From Trypanosoma brucei (Eukaryota): a stretch of DNA of 64,000 bases. The stretch is taken from the NCBI GenBank assembly GCA_000002445.1, contig CP000071.1, positions 448,001-512,000 of the forward strand. The letters are read 5' to 3'. Positions 33,101-44,053 of the stretch are shown here, in pieces. The notes under the pieces are model-generated. The model did not search any database and had not been told where the DNA came from. It saw only the letters and a list, made by a program, of their open reading frames with translations. Each line of letters begins with the position of its first letter. Position 1 is the first letter of the stretch. Position numbers and translations under genes: made by a program.

Positions 33101-36100
33101 TAGCTGCCCATATACCGAGGTGGGTCGCACTAGCACCCGGTGTGCTAAGGTGGAATTGTATCATCCTACGGTAATAACACTACTGTTAGCCATGCACCGG
33201 CCTCGAGTGGCGCGGGCTGCACTCGAGGGTATATTGGAGAGTGCAGCTGAAGCATCGGTGGCTTCGCAGAGCGTGGACGACAGCGGACCACGGCGGGTGG
33301 CGGAAGTACTATGCCAAAATTCCACAAAAGGACCACTCGACGCTTGGCCCGTGCCTGCTGCCACCGAAGAGATCGCTGGGGTGGCGGTGAGGACCCACCA
33401 GCTGGAGGGAGGCGAGGAGGAAAATTTGTGTGATTATGCTGCAGCATTCGGGCTGGATATTCCGCTGGAGCTCCTTGATCAAATGACGGAGGTTGTCATG
33501 CATGCGAAACTGAGAGGTCTCAGCAGCCAGGAGCAGTTGACACTTCTTTGCACTGTGGAGAGTCTGCGGGCGGTTAGGGTGTCTGGCGTTGCTAACGACG
33601 CAGGGGCCTCTCGTTGTCTCTTTTCGCATAAGTTCCTCCAGCTTCAACAACGGAGGCGTGCTGCTGTAGCGTCCGCTGAAAGTCTTCCCGCGAACCACAC
33701 CAGTTTTTTGTGGGCAGCTCTCTCCGACTGCCAACCTCAGCTGCTGGATGTTCTGTCAGCCACAGATGGAAACGTTTTGTCATGGGCAAACGTGGAGGTT
33801 TCTGGGGTGCCATTTTGGTTGGATTCAGTTCATCGTCTCCGCGCAATTGCAGAACGCGTGGCCCGAGAGCAGTACCAGCGAAGTCGTGACGTGCGGGAAT
33901 GTGCACTTATGTATTGCCTTGCGCGGAAACCCGGCGTCATCTCTGCGCTCTGCAGAACTTGCGGGAACACCAAATTAGAGATGTTTTTCTCTCGTGACTT
34001 TAACGAGGCGAAAAATCGCTCTGCTGCGTCGGCCAACGCATTTGCTGCCGTCAGCAAGAATTTGATTGAGTACGGTGCTGCCTTTTTCGTGCTGGCCGCC
34101 GAACCGCGAAATGCAGCCCAGGTCTTGTTGCAGCGCGAAGGCAACGTCTCTCTTGCCCTCTTTCTTATACGTATCGCGACTGATGATAATCCCGATGATT
34201 TGTCTTGGTTCATCGAGCAGCGCAGGCTTGAGGAGACTTCTTGTGGAGCAATGAGTAAGTCAGAGGAGGCGTGCCTTCTCTGGCGAGGCGGCCGGAAGCA
34301 CGAAGCACTGTCGTTGCTCACAGTGCAAGCACCGCTCCACGTCTTGGAGGGCGCCGACCGACTCGCACTGCTCAAGTTTGCCAGGCGGCGTACCGGCGCA
34401 GAAAGAGGGCCTGCACAGCGGGAAATGCTCCGATTGTTGATGCACACCGTGCGACTGTCGCATGCTGCTGGGATGAGGTTGCCTACATCACTGTTTTGCC
34501 AGGAAGCATTATCGTGGTTACTGGGGTTGTCGAAAGAAGACGCCGGGGATGACCCAACAGCACAGGGGAACGGATCGGCTGCCAATAGGGTGGCCACCTC
34601 AGGGATTGTTGCTGATTTCAATTCAGGTACGCTAGCGTTCAACGCATTCGATATGGACGGTGACGACGGGGAGCGGGGAGAGATGGCGGCGTCATCGCAG
34701 TCACCTGAAGTAGCCGTCGCCTCCCCTATGTCTGAAGCAGTGTCAGTTCCAACGGTGAGGGCGGGTGCGGGGGAGATTTACCGCATTGATCCCGCCATTG
34801 TCTACTCATTGTTGCGAGAACTGGATTTCATTAGGGAGGAACTTCAGAATTCGGTGAGTACTCAGCCGCAGCAACAGGTGCAGAAGCACCAGAACACTGC
34901 AGTATGTGACATTCTATCGTGTGCGGCGCGCCTGCTGGTTGCCGTCGGTGGACGAGACCCGGCTGCCGGTGCGTTTTCCTGCTTACAACAGATGCTGGAA
35001 TGCCTACCGCAGGGACAGTGGGGTAAAAGTTGTGTTGACCGTCTTTCTGAATCCCCTCGTTATGCGGAGGGGGAAGGCAATGGGATGGGGCTGTGTACCG
35101 TTATCATCGCGTTGCGCGTGTCATTGATGTCTGTCGCCACCTATAATAAAGACTGTGCACTGGCAACTGCGCTTCTCGGTCTTCCGATGATAGATGACAT
35201 CCTATTGGTGGAGGGTGCGCAAACGGTAACAGTGAATACTATTGCTGTGTATGTGCGCACGGTATGCCACGTTCTGGAGAATCTGAGGTCGCAGACGGCA
35301 GAGTGGGCGCAGGAGGAAGAAAAGAGGGAAACATCTATGGGCAGTGACATGCATGGGGTAGATGGTTCCGAGTCGCTTAATTTTGCTCTATATAACCCGT
35401 TTGAGGGGAGCGGCAGCGCCGGCAGCGGCGTTAGACCTAACGATAATAGTGGGAGGCTACGAAATGACAAGTTGCGTGCGATGCTGCTGGTTTGGTGCAC
35501 TGCGCGCTTACATTTATCCGCGCTTAAAGAGTTGCTCCTGGAGGCATCCGGTCTGCGTTCAGCATCACAAGATTCACAATCAACCCAAGTAGCGTTGCAG
35601 CAATGGCTCGTGAGCTATATGCTCTGTCGCGTAACGCTAGACTTCAATGCTGCAGCTGTGCAATTTGTGGGTGATGTCGTTTCCGTCCTGCAGCTGCGTG
35701 ACCCTTTGCCAGCGGACCCTAACGGTGTTTTCATTGAGGTAGAGCAACAGCTCCTCCAGATAGCCGGGGTATTAGGGCACAGTTTGCCCACTGCCACCAG
35801 TTTGCTGGGCGATAATGGTGTGTGTGAGTCGTGTGGTCAGCAGCAACGCTACGTAGATTTGTTGAAGTTATGCGTTTCCCACTCCGAGGTTTTTTGTCAG
35901 ACTACAACGTGCAATACGAGTCTGTCGGGTATGACGGAGTCTGCGCTTACCCTTTTGAGCAATACCGTAGCTCCGCGCACCGTGGAAAATTTGCTGCACG
36001 GTCGCTTAGTTCAAGGCACGAAGGAGGCGCTGCGGTTTGTTGAAGCCACATGGTTACAGCGCCATTTAACGCGTCACAACTACCGTGAGCAGTTTCTTTC

Positions 36101-37529
36101 ACCCTTGCGTGAGGGTCCGTCAGTGCTTAGACGTGACGAGAGCCTCGTGCTCCAGCAGTGTGGCCGTGCTGTCACAAGTGTGGATTATGATCGATCCTCC
36201 CACGATGTGATTGTTTGGGCAACGGCAGCAGACGTCTCTGTACGAGGTGGCTATTGTGGTATGCTTTCAAGACCCAATGACACTTCTCCTGTGGTGCGAC
36301 CACGGGCTGATAATGGCGGCCCATCCTTTCACCCGACACGTGAGGGAGGTGTGACGGGTTTGAGTCCGGGGGGATCTTCGAGGGAAGGAGTTTTGTTTGG
36401 ATCTCCGATACGATCCCTCACGAAACCGGCCGCTAGTCCAAATAGCACTCCGGGGAGTGACCGCAAACTACTTTCAAGGCGACCCAGTCTTCCGCTCCTG
36501 GATGGCAGCCGCGTTGCTGCACACCCGCGGCTGCCCTTTTTTTCCGCACCGCACTTGGATGGTTGCATCGACTTTTACTCGTTCACCGCTGCGGAGTGCG
36601 TAAAAACTTTTGATTGTGGAGACAGTCGGGCGGTGACAGGTGTCGCATACTCAACTGACGGTTGCACTTTTGTGGCCGGGTTGGAAGACGGCAGTGTTCG
36701 TGGTTGGCGTTTTGATCTGCAACCCGTGGACCGCGCTGTCCAACCCCTCTTTGTGTACCATGTGCTGCCCACCGGCGGTATCCGAACGGTGATGTTCTGC
36801 GGGGCGTCGCAGTCACATATTGCGGTTATTGGATTTTCCTATGATAGCCTTGCAACTGGCCAGCGGAATCCAGAGGAGGAAGAAGGTGTGTGTGGCCTGA
36901 GGGGTGAGCCTAAGCCAGCATCAGCAAAGCCTAAATCGAAGAAGGGTTTGCTCGGGTTTCCACGGTTTGGAAATTATGAGCGTAACACGACTGAACTCTT
37001 GCTGCTGGTAGACCTTGTCCTGCGTCCCGGAACTTTCGCATGGCAGGAGCTATCAGTTGTGCCTGAACACGCGGTGTACATAAAAGGCTTGGATAGCATC
37101 ATGTGCATATCAACTAATGGGGCCGTTGCCCTGTATGACATGTGGAGCTCCCGATTGTACACTTTTGTGCGGACGCCTAACGTAACTGTAACGTGCGTGG
37201 CCGCAAGTTATCATGATGATATTGTTGCTGTGGGTCTTGTGGACGGTGCTGTACTGCTTCTCCACTCCAACTCCATTCGCGGCGCGGTGCAGGCTTGTAA
37301 TGGGTCTACCTCACATGTGGCCTCAGAATGTGTGGCTGAGAAGGCGCTTGCATCGAAAGAGAGTCTGTTGCTCAAGGCATCCAGGTTGCAACTGATACCT
37401 TCGACTTCCCCTCGCTGTGATGTACACAGTGTCGTGTTCACGCCTTCCGTTATGCTCGCTGGTCTCGGAGACGGGAGAGTACTCGCGGTTGGTTTTCCAT
37501 TTAGTACCATCAAGTTCGGAAAGGCGTGA
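30123..37529 (+). CDS. Rav1/DmX-like (rabconnectin-3 alpha family) giant WD40 protein, putative RAVE-complex V-ATPase regulator
   Basis: A 2468-aa ORF with an ATG start. The central block (RDVRECALMYCLARKPGVISALCRTC ... FFSRDFNEAKNRSAASANAFAAVSKNLIEYGAAFFVLAAEPRNAAQVLLQREGNVSLALFLIRIA) matches the conserved Rav1p_C region. In DMXL proteins this is CALLYLAL...F..DF.E.RW..AA.KNAY.L..K.RYE.AAAFFLLAG...A..VC...L.D.QLA..I.R. WD-repeat-like segments occur near the C-terminus (GVAYSTDGCTFVAGLEDGSVRGWRF and VAVGLVDGAVLLLHSNS). Confidence 0.75.
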   Translation: MSLSGILFPQRCHHAAHAFSSRGELWTALVTDHNFLVLRGGTLCASGPLSAPCDGDGAGFEAEAHSDLPEPPPTPLACRICCSERDDDIRVIVISMSGVYVVDVTGPRMQMTYHSLCVCGGIPGCSRATVHSSPNEAQMPVCLSEWSHTQKEECARKALDAEFVTSTVLVIAYSDAVELIELSWRGRQWHERRDRNEEERSRGVMRWRVRGSYSKLAVCRVSMYLSVSQRSSLVEVFPLQPRLSDQEQRTEQSTVSFPPVLHAPREACVDSFRSLSYRTPTPSLLETAEGSAYVWRGASTRLCNYKITSLEWHRVSGYSLLCVTCHESDRGQPFIVFFIAQLCPVHEGAHVRAGLETQHGSGMVGVNSSTVHEVMLTLVPAGKVPHSSISGTPLSVHIVPNYICSHSEVQGSDKLELLCVEKDGSVFRSSYCYDPHQGNCLVRCSSTECLVPQLLGPIQKHYGDITTVDVLPAWRPRAVAFGPLTPAVAALLEAQRYRLVLRFRNGMVARVVVDLAAATVRVEAFLTLGVDAHPPLLATAVVDGVSGPQQIVLGLTQDRLFVVRRTLFSGGLTEASVSVVGPLALEHLQKLVCGSSVCGDDDAGNEMKGNTCVEESEALRSFMQAKCPEKLHMLPVLLKACGGDARKLLRQLTAKYGSPTPAAFSDKTILDEGRSCDGSGDRSKNGRFNSVTPSLLPSALKVGALRLTTGGIRCCVEMSVKDTDKPHHHQWWYIPATPLASVVGEWDSLIAHGVLPPSTALVQCLDAPLPAELLRERRPSRDGLACVSWSTSAQSLVVQSRLLPHETPLKFRPFESMAQPYNPVRVDCVKLVNNVIVVCVMGATRDEEIKTVLMVYVLDALRDVATQPVFEQELVIHNVATFFMCDTGGLFVLRRDSKSIVRWMRVTTNGVGSGHCWREYCVRGGSESQEAITTMAPLYTKSSGMNCHCYEGASCTHFVYVSSEEGLIKVCETSPKKDLRSALKGEIIVEEGGSCPYTEVGRTSTRCAKVELYHPTVITLLLAMHRPRVARAALEGILESAAEASVASQSVDDSGPRRVAEVLCQNSTKGPLDAWPVPAATEEIAGVAVRTHQLEGGEEENLCDYAAAFGLDIPLELLDQMTEVVMHAKLRGLSSQEQLTLLCTVESLRAVRVSGVANDAGASRCLFSHKFLQLQQRRRAAVASAESLPANHTSFLWAALSDCQPQLLDVLSATDGNVLSWANVEVSGVPFWLDSVHRLRAIAERVAREQYQRSRDVRECALMYCLARKPGVISALCRTCGNTKLEMFFSRDFNEAKNRSAASANAFAAVSKNLIEYGAAFFVLAAEPRNAAQVLLQREGNVSLALFLIRIATDDNPDDLSWFIEQRRLEETSCGAMSKSEEACLLWRGGRKHEALSLLTVQAPLHVLEGADRLALLKFARRRTGAERGPAQREMLRLLMHTVRLSHAAGMRLPTSLFCQEALSWLLGLSKEDAGDDPTAQGNGSAANRVATSGIVADFNSGTLAFNAFDMDGDDGERGEMAASSQSPEVAVASPMSEAVSVPTVRAGAGEIYRIDPAIVYSLLRELDFIREELQNSVSTQPQQQVQKHQNTAVCDILSCAARLLVAVGGRDPAAGAFSCLQQMLECLPQGQWGKSCVDRLSESPRYAEGEGNGMGLCTVIIALRVSLMSVATYNKDCALATALLGLPMIDDILLVEGAQTVTVNTIAVYVRTVCHVLENLRSQTAEWAQEEEKRETSMGSDMHGVDGSESLNFALYNPFEGSGSAGSGVRPNDNSGRLRNDKLRAMLLVWCTARLHLSALKELLLEASGLRSASQDSQSTQVALQQWLVSYMLCRVTLDFNAAAVQFVGDVVSVLQLRDPLPADPNGVFIEVEQQLLQIAGVLGHSLPTATSLLGDNGVCESCGQQQRYVDLLKLCVSHSEVFCQTTTCNTSLSGMTESALTLLSNTVAPRTVENLLHGRLVQGTKEALRFVEATWLQRHLTRHNYREQFLSPLREGPSVLRRDESLVLQQCGRAVTSVDYDRSSHDVIVWATAADVSVRGGYCGMLSRPNDTSPVVRPRADNGGPSFHPTREGGVTGLSPGGSSREGVLFGSPIRSLTKPAASPNSTPGSDRKLLSRRPSLPLLDGSRVAAHPRLPFFSAPHLDGCIDFYSFTAAECVKTFDCGDSRAVTGVAYSTDGCTFVAGLEDGSVRGWRFDLQPVDRAVQPLFVYHVLPTGGIRTVMFCGASQSHIAVIGFSYDSLATGQRNPEEEEGVCGLRGEPKPASAKPKSKKGLLGFPRFGNYERNTTELLLLVDLVLRPGTFAWQELSVVPEHAVYIKGLDSIMCISTNGAVALYDMWSSRLYTFVRTPNVTVTCVAASYHDDIVAVGLVDGAVLLLHSNSIRGAVQACNGSTSHVASECVAEKALASKESLLLKASRLQLIPSTSPRCDVHSVVFTPSVMLAGLGDGRVLAVGFPFSTIKFGKA

Positions 37530-39357
37530 TCGTGAAGGGAAGCACTTGCGGTAATTTTCGACACTGATCTTTTGCCCCCATATTTTCTGTTCGGTGGGTT
37601 GTCGCGAACCTCTGCGTTTCGCATTCGCCGATACCTGTGTTGCTTTATCTGACTTTCCTCGATGGTGATATATATTTTGCCTTCCACGAGGCGAACGCGA
37701 CATCCTTTATTGGTGCTTTCCCTATTAGGCTGCCATTTTGTGCTTCTTTTTTCTTTTCGTGGGATTGACGCAGAGAAGACCCACTGCTGCTGCTTGTTTG
37801 AACGTTTCCGTGCCTATGATTCTATTTTTTTTTAAAATTCTTTCCTGTGATCCACATGTCCTTAGTGTGAGGTGTGTTGCTCGGAGCGCTGTGTTTTCCT
37901 TCTTTTCCACCAACTATCACCTTATTATTCTCGTTGCCTGAAATGTTCACTGTCAAAAAAAAGTACCACCAGGCAAGCCAACCCAACCGAACATTGGTGT
38001 AAGAACACGCAAAAGCACGTGTACGAATACGAATTCAGTCGCCTCAATTTACGTCTGGGCGCGCGTTCATCAACCGTGGTAGGCATTGGAAAAAGGACAT
38101 AGCCAAACAGGGAGGAGGGTGGAACAATAGGATCAGGTGTGAGGTTTCCTTGAGTTTTGCTTTTTCTCATTATTAGTTCGATTCAAAAGCCGCGATGCGT
38201 CGTTCATTCTCACGCCTCATTGGGGCTGACGGCGGCATCTTCATGTCAGCTGTGCACGATAAGCAGTATCTTCAGCACCGTCTTGCTACGCTTGGAAAGG
38301 CAGAACAACAACAACCTCTGTCAGAGGAGACAATTCAACGACTCACCACTTCCACTGGCAGCGCAGAATCCCTCTTTAACAAAGCCGCGGGCGCTCAGCC
38401 AACGAATATTGTGGATGAAGCGACAGGTGTGCCGGTGGGGAGTGTGCAACTCGATCCGGTGCGGTACGGCGATTGGGAGAGTAACGGACGCTGCCACGAT
38501 TTCTGAGCAGCACGAGAGGTATTTTGTGTGTCCAGGATAAATGAGGTTGTAGTGGATTATTTAGTTTTTCGTAACTTCTGCATATATGATCACGCTTTTT
38601 GTGTTGTACTATCAAATATCGACTGTTGTGCGTGTCCTATTCGGCCTGGGTAGTTCCTATCATGCTTTAGTGTGTTGTGCCTCACTGCATCTGAGACGTC
38701 GCAAACGCAGTGGGGGATTGGAGTGGCTGTGTGACAAAGGGAGTGAGGTTGACCATGAGTAGCGAGCAGCCCCACCCTATGAGTTGGAATATGTGTATTG
38801 TCTGGTAGTACAAGTTTAAGCGGCATCAACAGCGAGTGGGGGAAAGGTGAGATGAATTCATCTTTGTCCACATTTTCACACATATACTTTTTTGCAAGTG
38901 CGCACAACGGGGGTTGTCAGCACCAGCAGGCACAGCAAATGGTAGGCGGATGCATTTTCTTCTTTTGGGCGCGTGGGGGGGGGGAGAAGAGGATCGTCCG
39001 CACACTTCTTTAAGCATCTCTCTGTAGTAGGGTTATGTGGCCAATATATGCTGTGGTTTGGATGTGCGTGTTTGTGTGTGGAGGCCGACTCGAGCACGAA
39101 GTGTTAAGGTGGAGAGAAATTGATAAAATAAAGGAAGCAAGGGCCAAAGGAGTGATTCGGCAAAATATATTAAGTACGTTGTTCTGTTTCTTCTTTTTAT
39201 CTCTTGGCCGAAGAAAGAGAAACTAGTGTGAGCAGAGGAAGTGTATACATACATTGTGTAGGGTGTGAGAGGGGACGACAAAACGTAGGTGGAAGCAGGA
39301 GTGCAGCAATAATCTCATTTTTTTTTCTACTACAGCGGATACAGCATCTTCTGGGCA

Positions 39358-41163
39358 ATGGCAATGCAGTTATTTACCTTTGGACACCCCTGCGAGCATC
39401 AGCTACGCCGTCAGTGCATCGGAGGAAAAAGTTGTCCGCTGTGTGGCTACCCGAATGAATGGTGCTGCAGCTACATAAAGGGGAAAATCAACTTCAAACG
39501 AGATAAGCCATGTGAGGGTTCGCGCTGCCGCTGGAACTACCAGCACCCTCCCCAGTCGCTGTTCGACGCCGTGACGCAAGTTCTCAATGAGAGCCGCCCC
39601 ATCGCCTTGAAGATTGACGAAGGTGATGATAAGGAGATCCTTGCACTTAGCATAGACAACCACCACATCGTGGACACAGTGCAGTGCGCACTGCAGATGC
39701 TGCGCAACCCACCAAGCACTTACAGTGCCCGTGTGGGCCAACTGCTTGCTTACGCGGCACTACGGGCTCGTGATACAAAGGTGTTCATGCAGCTTCTCAA
39801 GACGATGAAGAAACCTGTTGACGGGTATATACTAGGTGCATATGACTATCTGATGAGGGGCACAATACCTGCTCCTTTGAACAGCAGCAGTAACACCGTC
39901 GGTGGCAATGCTAACAATAATAGCGTCAACAGTGGTAATAACAATTCGGCCGGCTCCAATCAGGGGCGAGCGGCGGCAAAAAAGGCCGGTACTGGAAGCA
40001 ACGGCAACAATAGCAGCAACAACAATAACAATGACAAGAAGGAAGACATCGCAGATGAACTAAAGAGTGACATGGTGGACCTCATGAACGCTGCGCTCAG
40101 CTCCGGTGGGCAGCTGGTCGACAGGGAAGATCAGCATACCTTACAGGCAGTTTTCATACAGTCGCTTCGAAGCTACCCGAAAAGCAATAAGAAACGGCAG
40201 GAGATGCTGGAATCGGCCGTTGCTATGTTTGGCTCTAAACCAGGACCCAGAAGCACAACGGCTGCGGTGACTGCAGTGGAGCAAACGCCGCCAAACAATA
40301 TAAGTGGTAATTCCAACAGTCCCCCAACAACAGCAGCCGTCGTGACTAATGCCACCAATAACAATAATAATAACAATAACAATTCTGCTGCCTCAAGGGC
40401 AGGCTCAGTTGCCGCCGCGACAGGGGGTGCTGTACCCGGGGCCAGGACGGTGGCACGAGTGGTGGAGGCGGCACAGGATGAAAATGTCAGCGTCCCGCAG
40501 CGGTCCGGCAGTTTCAGCAATACCAACAATAGCAGTGGCAATAGTGGAAATGCTAGTTACGTCAATGTGTGCAGTGCCGGCGCTGGTGCCACTACTGCCG
40601 CTGCCGTCGTGGCCGCTGCTGTGGCTGCCGCGGGAGCTCCGTCCCGCCGACCTCAGGGCACCACCGGATCCACAACTCCCGTCACCCCGGTCTCCACGCG
40701 TTCGAAGGAGCCATGCGTCCCTACGACAACCATCGCCCCCACCACTACAGTCCAACCCACCCGGCAGCAGCAACAACAGCAACAACAACAACGGCCCCCG
40801 CCACCCATTGTCGGTATTAGTCAGTTGGTTCAGCAGCCGAGGCAACCTGCGGCCTGCCGTTACGAGCCAATCCGCACAGATTTGCCGCTACCGAATATCA
40901 CTTTGTTTGGCGGTCTCTTCGGCCTTACGACCCAGTCCGCTGCATGGGCGCCGCTTGGTGCCGCAACGTCACGCAAAACCTCACCACCGTCCCTCCCGGG
41001 TGTTGTGGTGGGTAGCGGGGCCGCGACCCCGGGTTTGGCCGCAGATATGGATGAGAAGGCATTTCGCTTTCTTTCCCCCACAACCTCCGGGGTGAACTTC
41101 TTCGGTGGCATCGATTCGCTGCCGCCAGAGCATCAATTACTCAAGGGAATCTGCGATGACTGA
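39358..41163 (+). CDS. Cys/His-rich (zinc-finger-like) N-terminal domain protein with long Asn/Gln/Ala/Thr low-complexity region
   Basis: ATG start. The N-terminus FGHPCEHQLRRQCIGGKSCPLCGYPNEWCCSYIKGKINFKRDKPCEGSRCRWNYQHP is Cys/His-dense. Residues about 170-500 are N/Q/A/T/S homopolymeric (poly-N, poly-Q QQQQQQQQQ). Overlapping alternative-frame ORFs here are attributed to the low-complexity GC-rich repeats. Confidence 0.6.
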   Translation: MAMQLFTFGHPCEHQLRRQCIGGKSCPLCGYPNEWCCSYIKGKINFKRDKPCEGSRCRWNYQHPPQSLFDAVTQVLNESRPIALKIDEGDDKEILALSIDNHHIVDTVQCALQMLRNPPSTYSARVGQLLAYAALRARDTKVFMQLLKTMKKPVDGYILGAYDYLMRGTIPAPLNSSSNTVGGNANNNSVNSGNNNSAGSNQGRAAAKKAGTGSNGNNSSNNNNNDKKEDIADELKSDMVDLMNAALSSGGQLVDREDQHTLQAVFIQSLRSYPKSNKKRQEMLESAVAMFGSKPGPRSTTAAVTAVEQTPPNNISGNSNSPPTTAAVVTNATNNNNNNNNNSAASRAGSVAAATGGAVPGARTVARVVEAAQDENVSVPQRSGSFSNTNNSSGNSGNASYVNVCSAGAGATTAAAVVAAAVAAAGAPSRRPQGTTGSTTPVTPVSTRSKEPCVPTTTIAPTTTVQPTRQQQQQQQQQRPPPPIVGISQLVQQPRQPAACRYEPIRTDLPLPNITLFGGLFGLTTQSAAWAPLGAATSRKTSPPSLPGVVVGSGAATPGLAADMDEKAFRFLSPTTSGVNFFGGIDSLPPEHQLLKGICDD

Positions 41164-42032
41164 GTGCCAGTGACTCGTAACGACGGAATGTTAGGAAAGA
41201 AGGGGTGAGATGATGTCATCGGAATCGAAGTGGGTGTGATGAAGAGGTGAATGGGGAAAGAAGTTGGCGAGTAGAGACAGACGTAATGGGAGATGAAAAA
41301 GGTTTCATGATAATGGGGAGCTGTTTGAGTCACCGTAGGCTTTTCTTTGACCTTCTTGATGCTTAACTAATCTGCTAGAGGAAGTGTGGTGCTTCCTGAA
41401 GGGAAGTTCTTGTTTGTGGTCAGCGCTTTCACACCCATTTTTTCCCGTTTGCGTTTCTACAATGTCCGTTGGGCAGTGTAAGCGGTTCTTATTCACCCAT
41501 TTTGACTTTTTTTCCTTTTATGAGAGTGGAGCATGCGTGTATCCATATATTGGGGCGGGAGGGGGCCGGTGTATGAAGGGGGGAAGGGGGGAGGTGAGCG
41601 ACGGAGAAGAAGGAATGAGGAGGGGCAATGAAGGCAGTATTGTCAAGGCCAGTATTTAGAACCGAATTTTGTTCTGGCATTTCCATTCCGTTAGAGAGTC
41701 CGTATTGCGGTGTCACTGTGCAGTGGTGCCTCTAGTTCTCTTTTTCCTGTTTTCGCTGACTTCGTTGTAAATACTACTGTACTATGCAAATGCATCTGGG
41801 CTTTTCAGCATCTTCTTCCCCACAAAATGTCATACCAACACCACGAATCAGTCTCACTGCTTCCCCCTTTTGTGCTCTTTCATGTGTTTGACTGCCTCCG
41901 AAAGCCATGCTCGAGGTTACCCAAATGTGTGACAAAATGCAGGAGAGTATATATATACATATACATATAATTGTTGGTCGTTCCTTCTTACATTATTGCA
42001 CCTGAGGTGACCCGTTTAGGTACTCGTGTTTT

Positions 42033-42037
<5 letters not shown>

Positions 42038-42069
<32 letters not shown>
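42038..42069. repeat. (GT)16 microsatellite
   Basis: gtgtgtgt... x16 in the intergenic region upstream of the helicase gene. Confidence 0.9.
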
Positions 42070-42071
<2 letters not shown>

Positions 42072-42828
42072 GCGGCTGTAGGGAGTAAGGCAGCGAACTA
42101 CCTGAATGACTGCGTGTTCGTTTGTGGAATTTACATTGGCGTACCTACCACTCGTGTCTGGTGGACGAAAACACTCATTTTATATTCCTACGTTTCCGTA
42201 TTTTTCTCTTTGACATTTCCTCTCCTCTTACCACACCCACAACTTTTAGAGAGTGACGGGGGACCAACCCAGTTGACAAGCTTCACGCGTTTTTTTTTCG
42301 CCATCATTATTACAATATAATTGAAGTGGTACCATCCATCGCAGGTAACCGCTGAAGTATTAGAAGCAGGGGAGCAGAAGGCCCACATCGGCGCGTACTG
42401 GCAGAAGAAAAAGCAACTAAATAATTAATTAATTTTAAATAACAAATAATAGGTAGTAGGTGGGTGTGGCTTAACTTTGCACTGTTTTCCTTTGGAAACG
42501 TGACAACAGGTTCAGCTAGTCCTCGGGGACGAGGAATTAAAAGGCACAGGGTCGAAAGACGGGCAGGGTGAATATAATAGGCGATTAAGGAGAGTAAAAC
42601 TAATATAAGTAAACAGAAATAAAAAGGAGGCGCCACTAAGAACTTGTCAGGAGAGGGCGACATACACACGCGTGCGTTCACTCATACACGTAAAACACGA
42701 TAGGGCCATCCGTTACACCGACATCGATAAAGACAACACCTGCGACGTGAAGTTAGGAGGATAGCCAGCAGAAACCGAGAAAAAAAGGTCAAAAAGGAGG
42801 CTGGGGAGTACTTGGAAGTAGAGAGAGA

Positions 42829-44053
42829 ATGTATGGGATGAACAGAGGAGGAGGCGGTGGATACCGCAACGACCGGATGGGTGCACTCGGTGCCAACCTA
42901 CAGGATGTAAAGTGGGACCAGGTGAATGTTGTGGCTCCTCAGTGGAACTATTACAAACCCCAGGAGCGTTGCAGTGACGAGGAGGTGGCACAATACATGC
43001 GCGACAACCACATTACTATTTATGGTGATTCCGTGCCCCAGCCAATGCTCAAGTTCTCTGACCTCGTTGCGCCGGACACCATTCATCAGGCATTCATAGA
43101 CCTCGGCTACAAGAGCCCGACCCCAATTCAGTCTATCGCCTGGCCAATCCTTCTCAACTCACGCGACCTTGTCGGCGTGGCGAAGACCGGATCCGGCAAG
43201 ACCATGGGTTTCATGGTCCCTGCCGCCCTTCATATAATGGCGCAGCCGCCCATCCGCGTGGGTGAGGGTCCCATTGCTTTGGTGCTCGCGCCGACGAGGG
43301 AACTTGCGGTGCAGATCGAAGAGGAGACGCGTAAGGTGCTACGACGTGTGCCGACCATCACGACGGCGTGTTTGTATGGCGGTACACCAAAGGGGCCGCA
43401 AATCCGTGCCCTTCGAGCTGGGGTACATGTCTGCATTGCAACTCCCGGCCGCCTCATCGACCTGCTGGAGATTCGCGCTGCCAATCTTCTGCGCGTGACG
43501 TTCCTTGTGCTTGACGAAGCGGACCGTATGCTTGATATGGGGTTCGAGGTGCAAATTCGAAAGATTTGCCAGCAGATTCGCAAGGATCGGCAGACGCTTA
43601 TGTTCTCGGCAACGTGGCCCCAAGAAATAAGGAACCTCGCTGCTAGTTTTCAACGTGACTTCATCCGTGTTCATGTTGGATCTGAGGACCTAATTGCGAA
43701 CGCTGATGTTACTCAGCACGTGAGTGTGGTGGAAGATTACGACAAACAGCGGCGGCTGGAGGAGATTCTGCAAAAGGTTGGCAAGCAGAGGGTTCTCATC
43801 TTTGTAAAGACGAAGCGTACCGCTGATTCCCTGCACCATTCGCTACAGCGCCTCATTGGAGGCTCAGTGATGGCCATCCATGGTGATAAGGAACAATCGC
43901 AGCGCGATTATGTGCTTGACCGCTTCCGTCGCGACGAAAGGTCCGTGCTGGTAGCAACGGACGTTGCCGCCCGCGGGCTTGACATTAAGAACCTCGATGT
44001 GGTGATTAACTTCGACATGCCCACAAACATAGAAGATTACGTGCATCGTATTG
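42829..44053 (+). CDS. DBP2B: ATP-dependent DEAD-box RNA helicase (DDX5/Dbp2 family), exon 1
   Basis: ATG start. Helicase motifs are present: Q motif / GSGKT (motif I), PTRELA, DEAD (LVLDEADRMLDMGF), SAT, and the C-terminal-domain motifs up to HRIG. The unspliced reading frame terminates at HRIGM* (tga at 44059-61), in the middle of motif VI. A GTATGT donor follows immediately after 44053. Confidence 0.85.

Noticed and set aside
33830-34642. 270-aa antisense ORF inside the Rav1-like gene, and other long antisense or alternative-frame ORFs within large genes (31505..32296, 52248..52817, 56910..57323, 49726..50085, 28952..29362)
   Set aside because: They are embedded in GC-rich coding sequence on the opposite strand or in another frame of well-supported genes. 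This is the typical shadow-ORF effect.
40349-41095. 248-aa plus-strand ORF in an alternative frame and a 146-aa minus-strand ORF overlapping the NQ-rich gene
   Set aside because: They arise from triplet-repeat low-complexity DNA, (CAG/CAA)n and (AAT)n, which is open in several frames. The frame containing the Cys-rich N-terminus and an ATG start is preferred.
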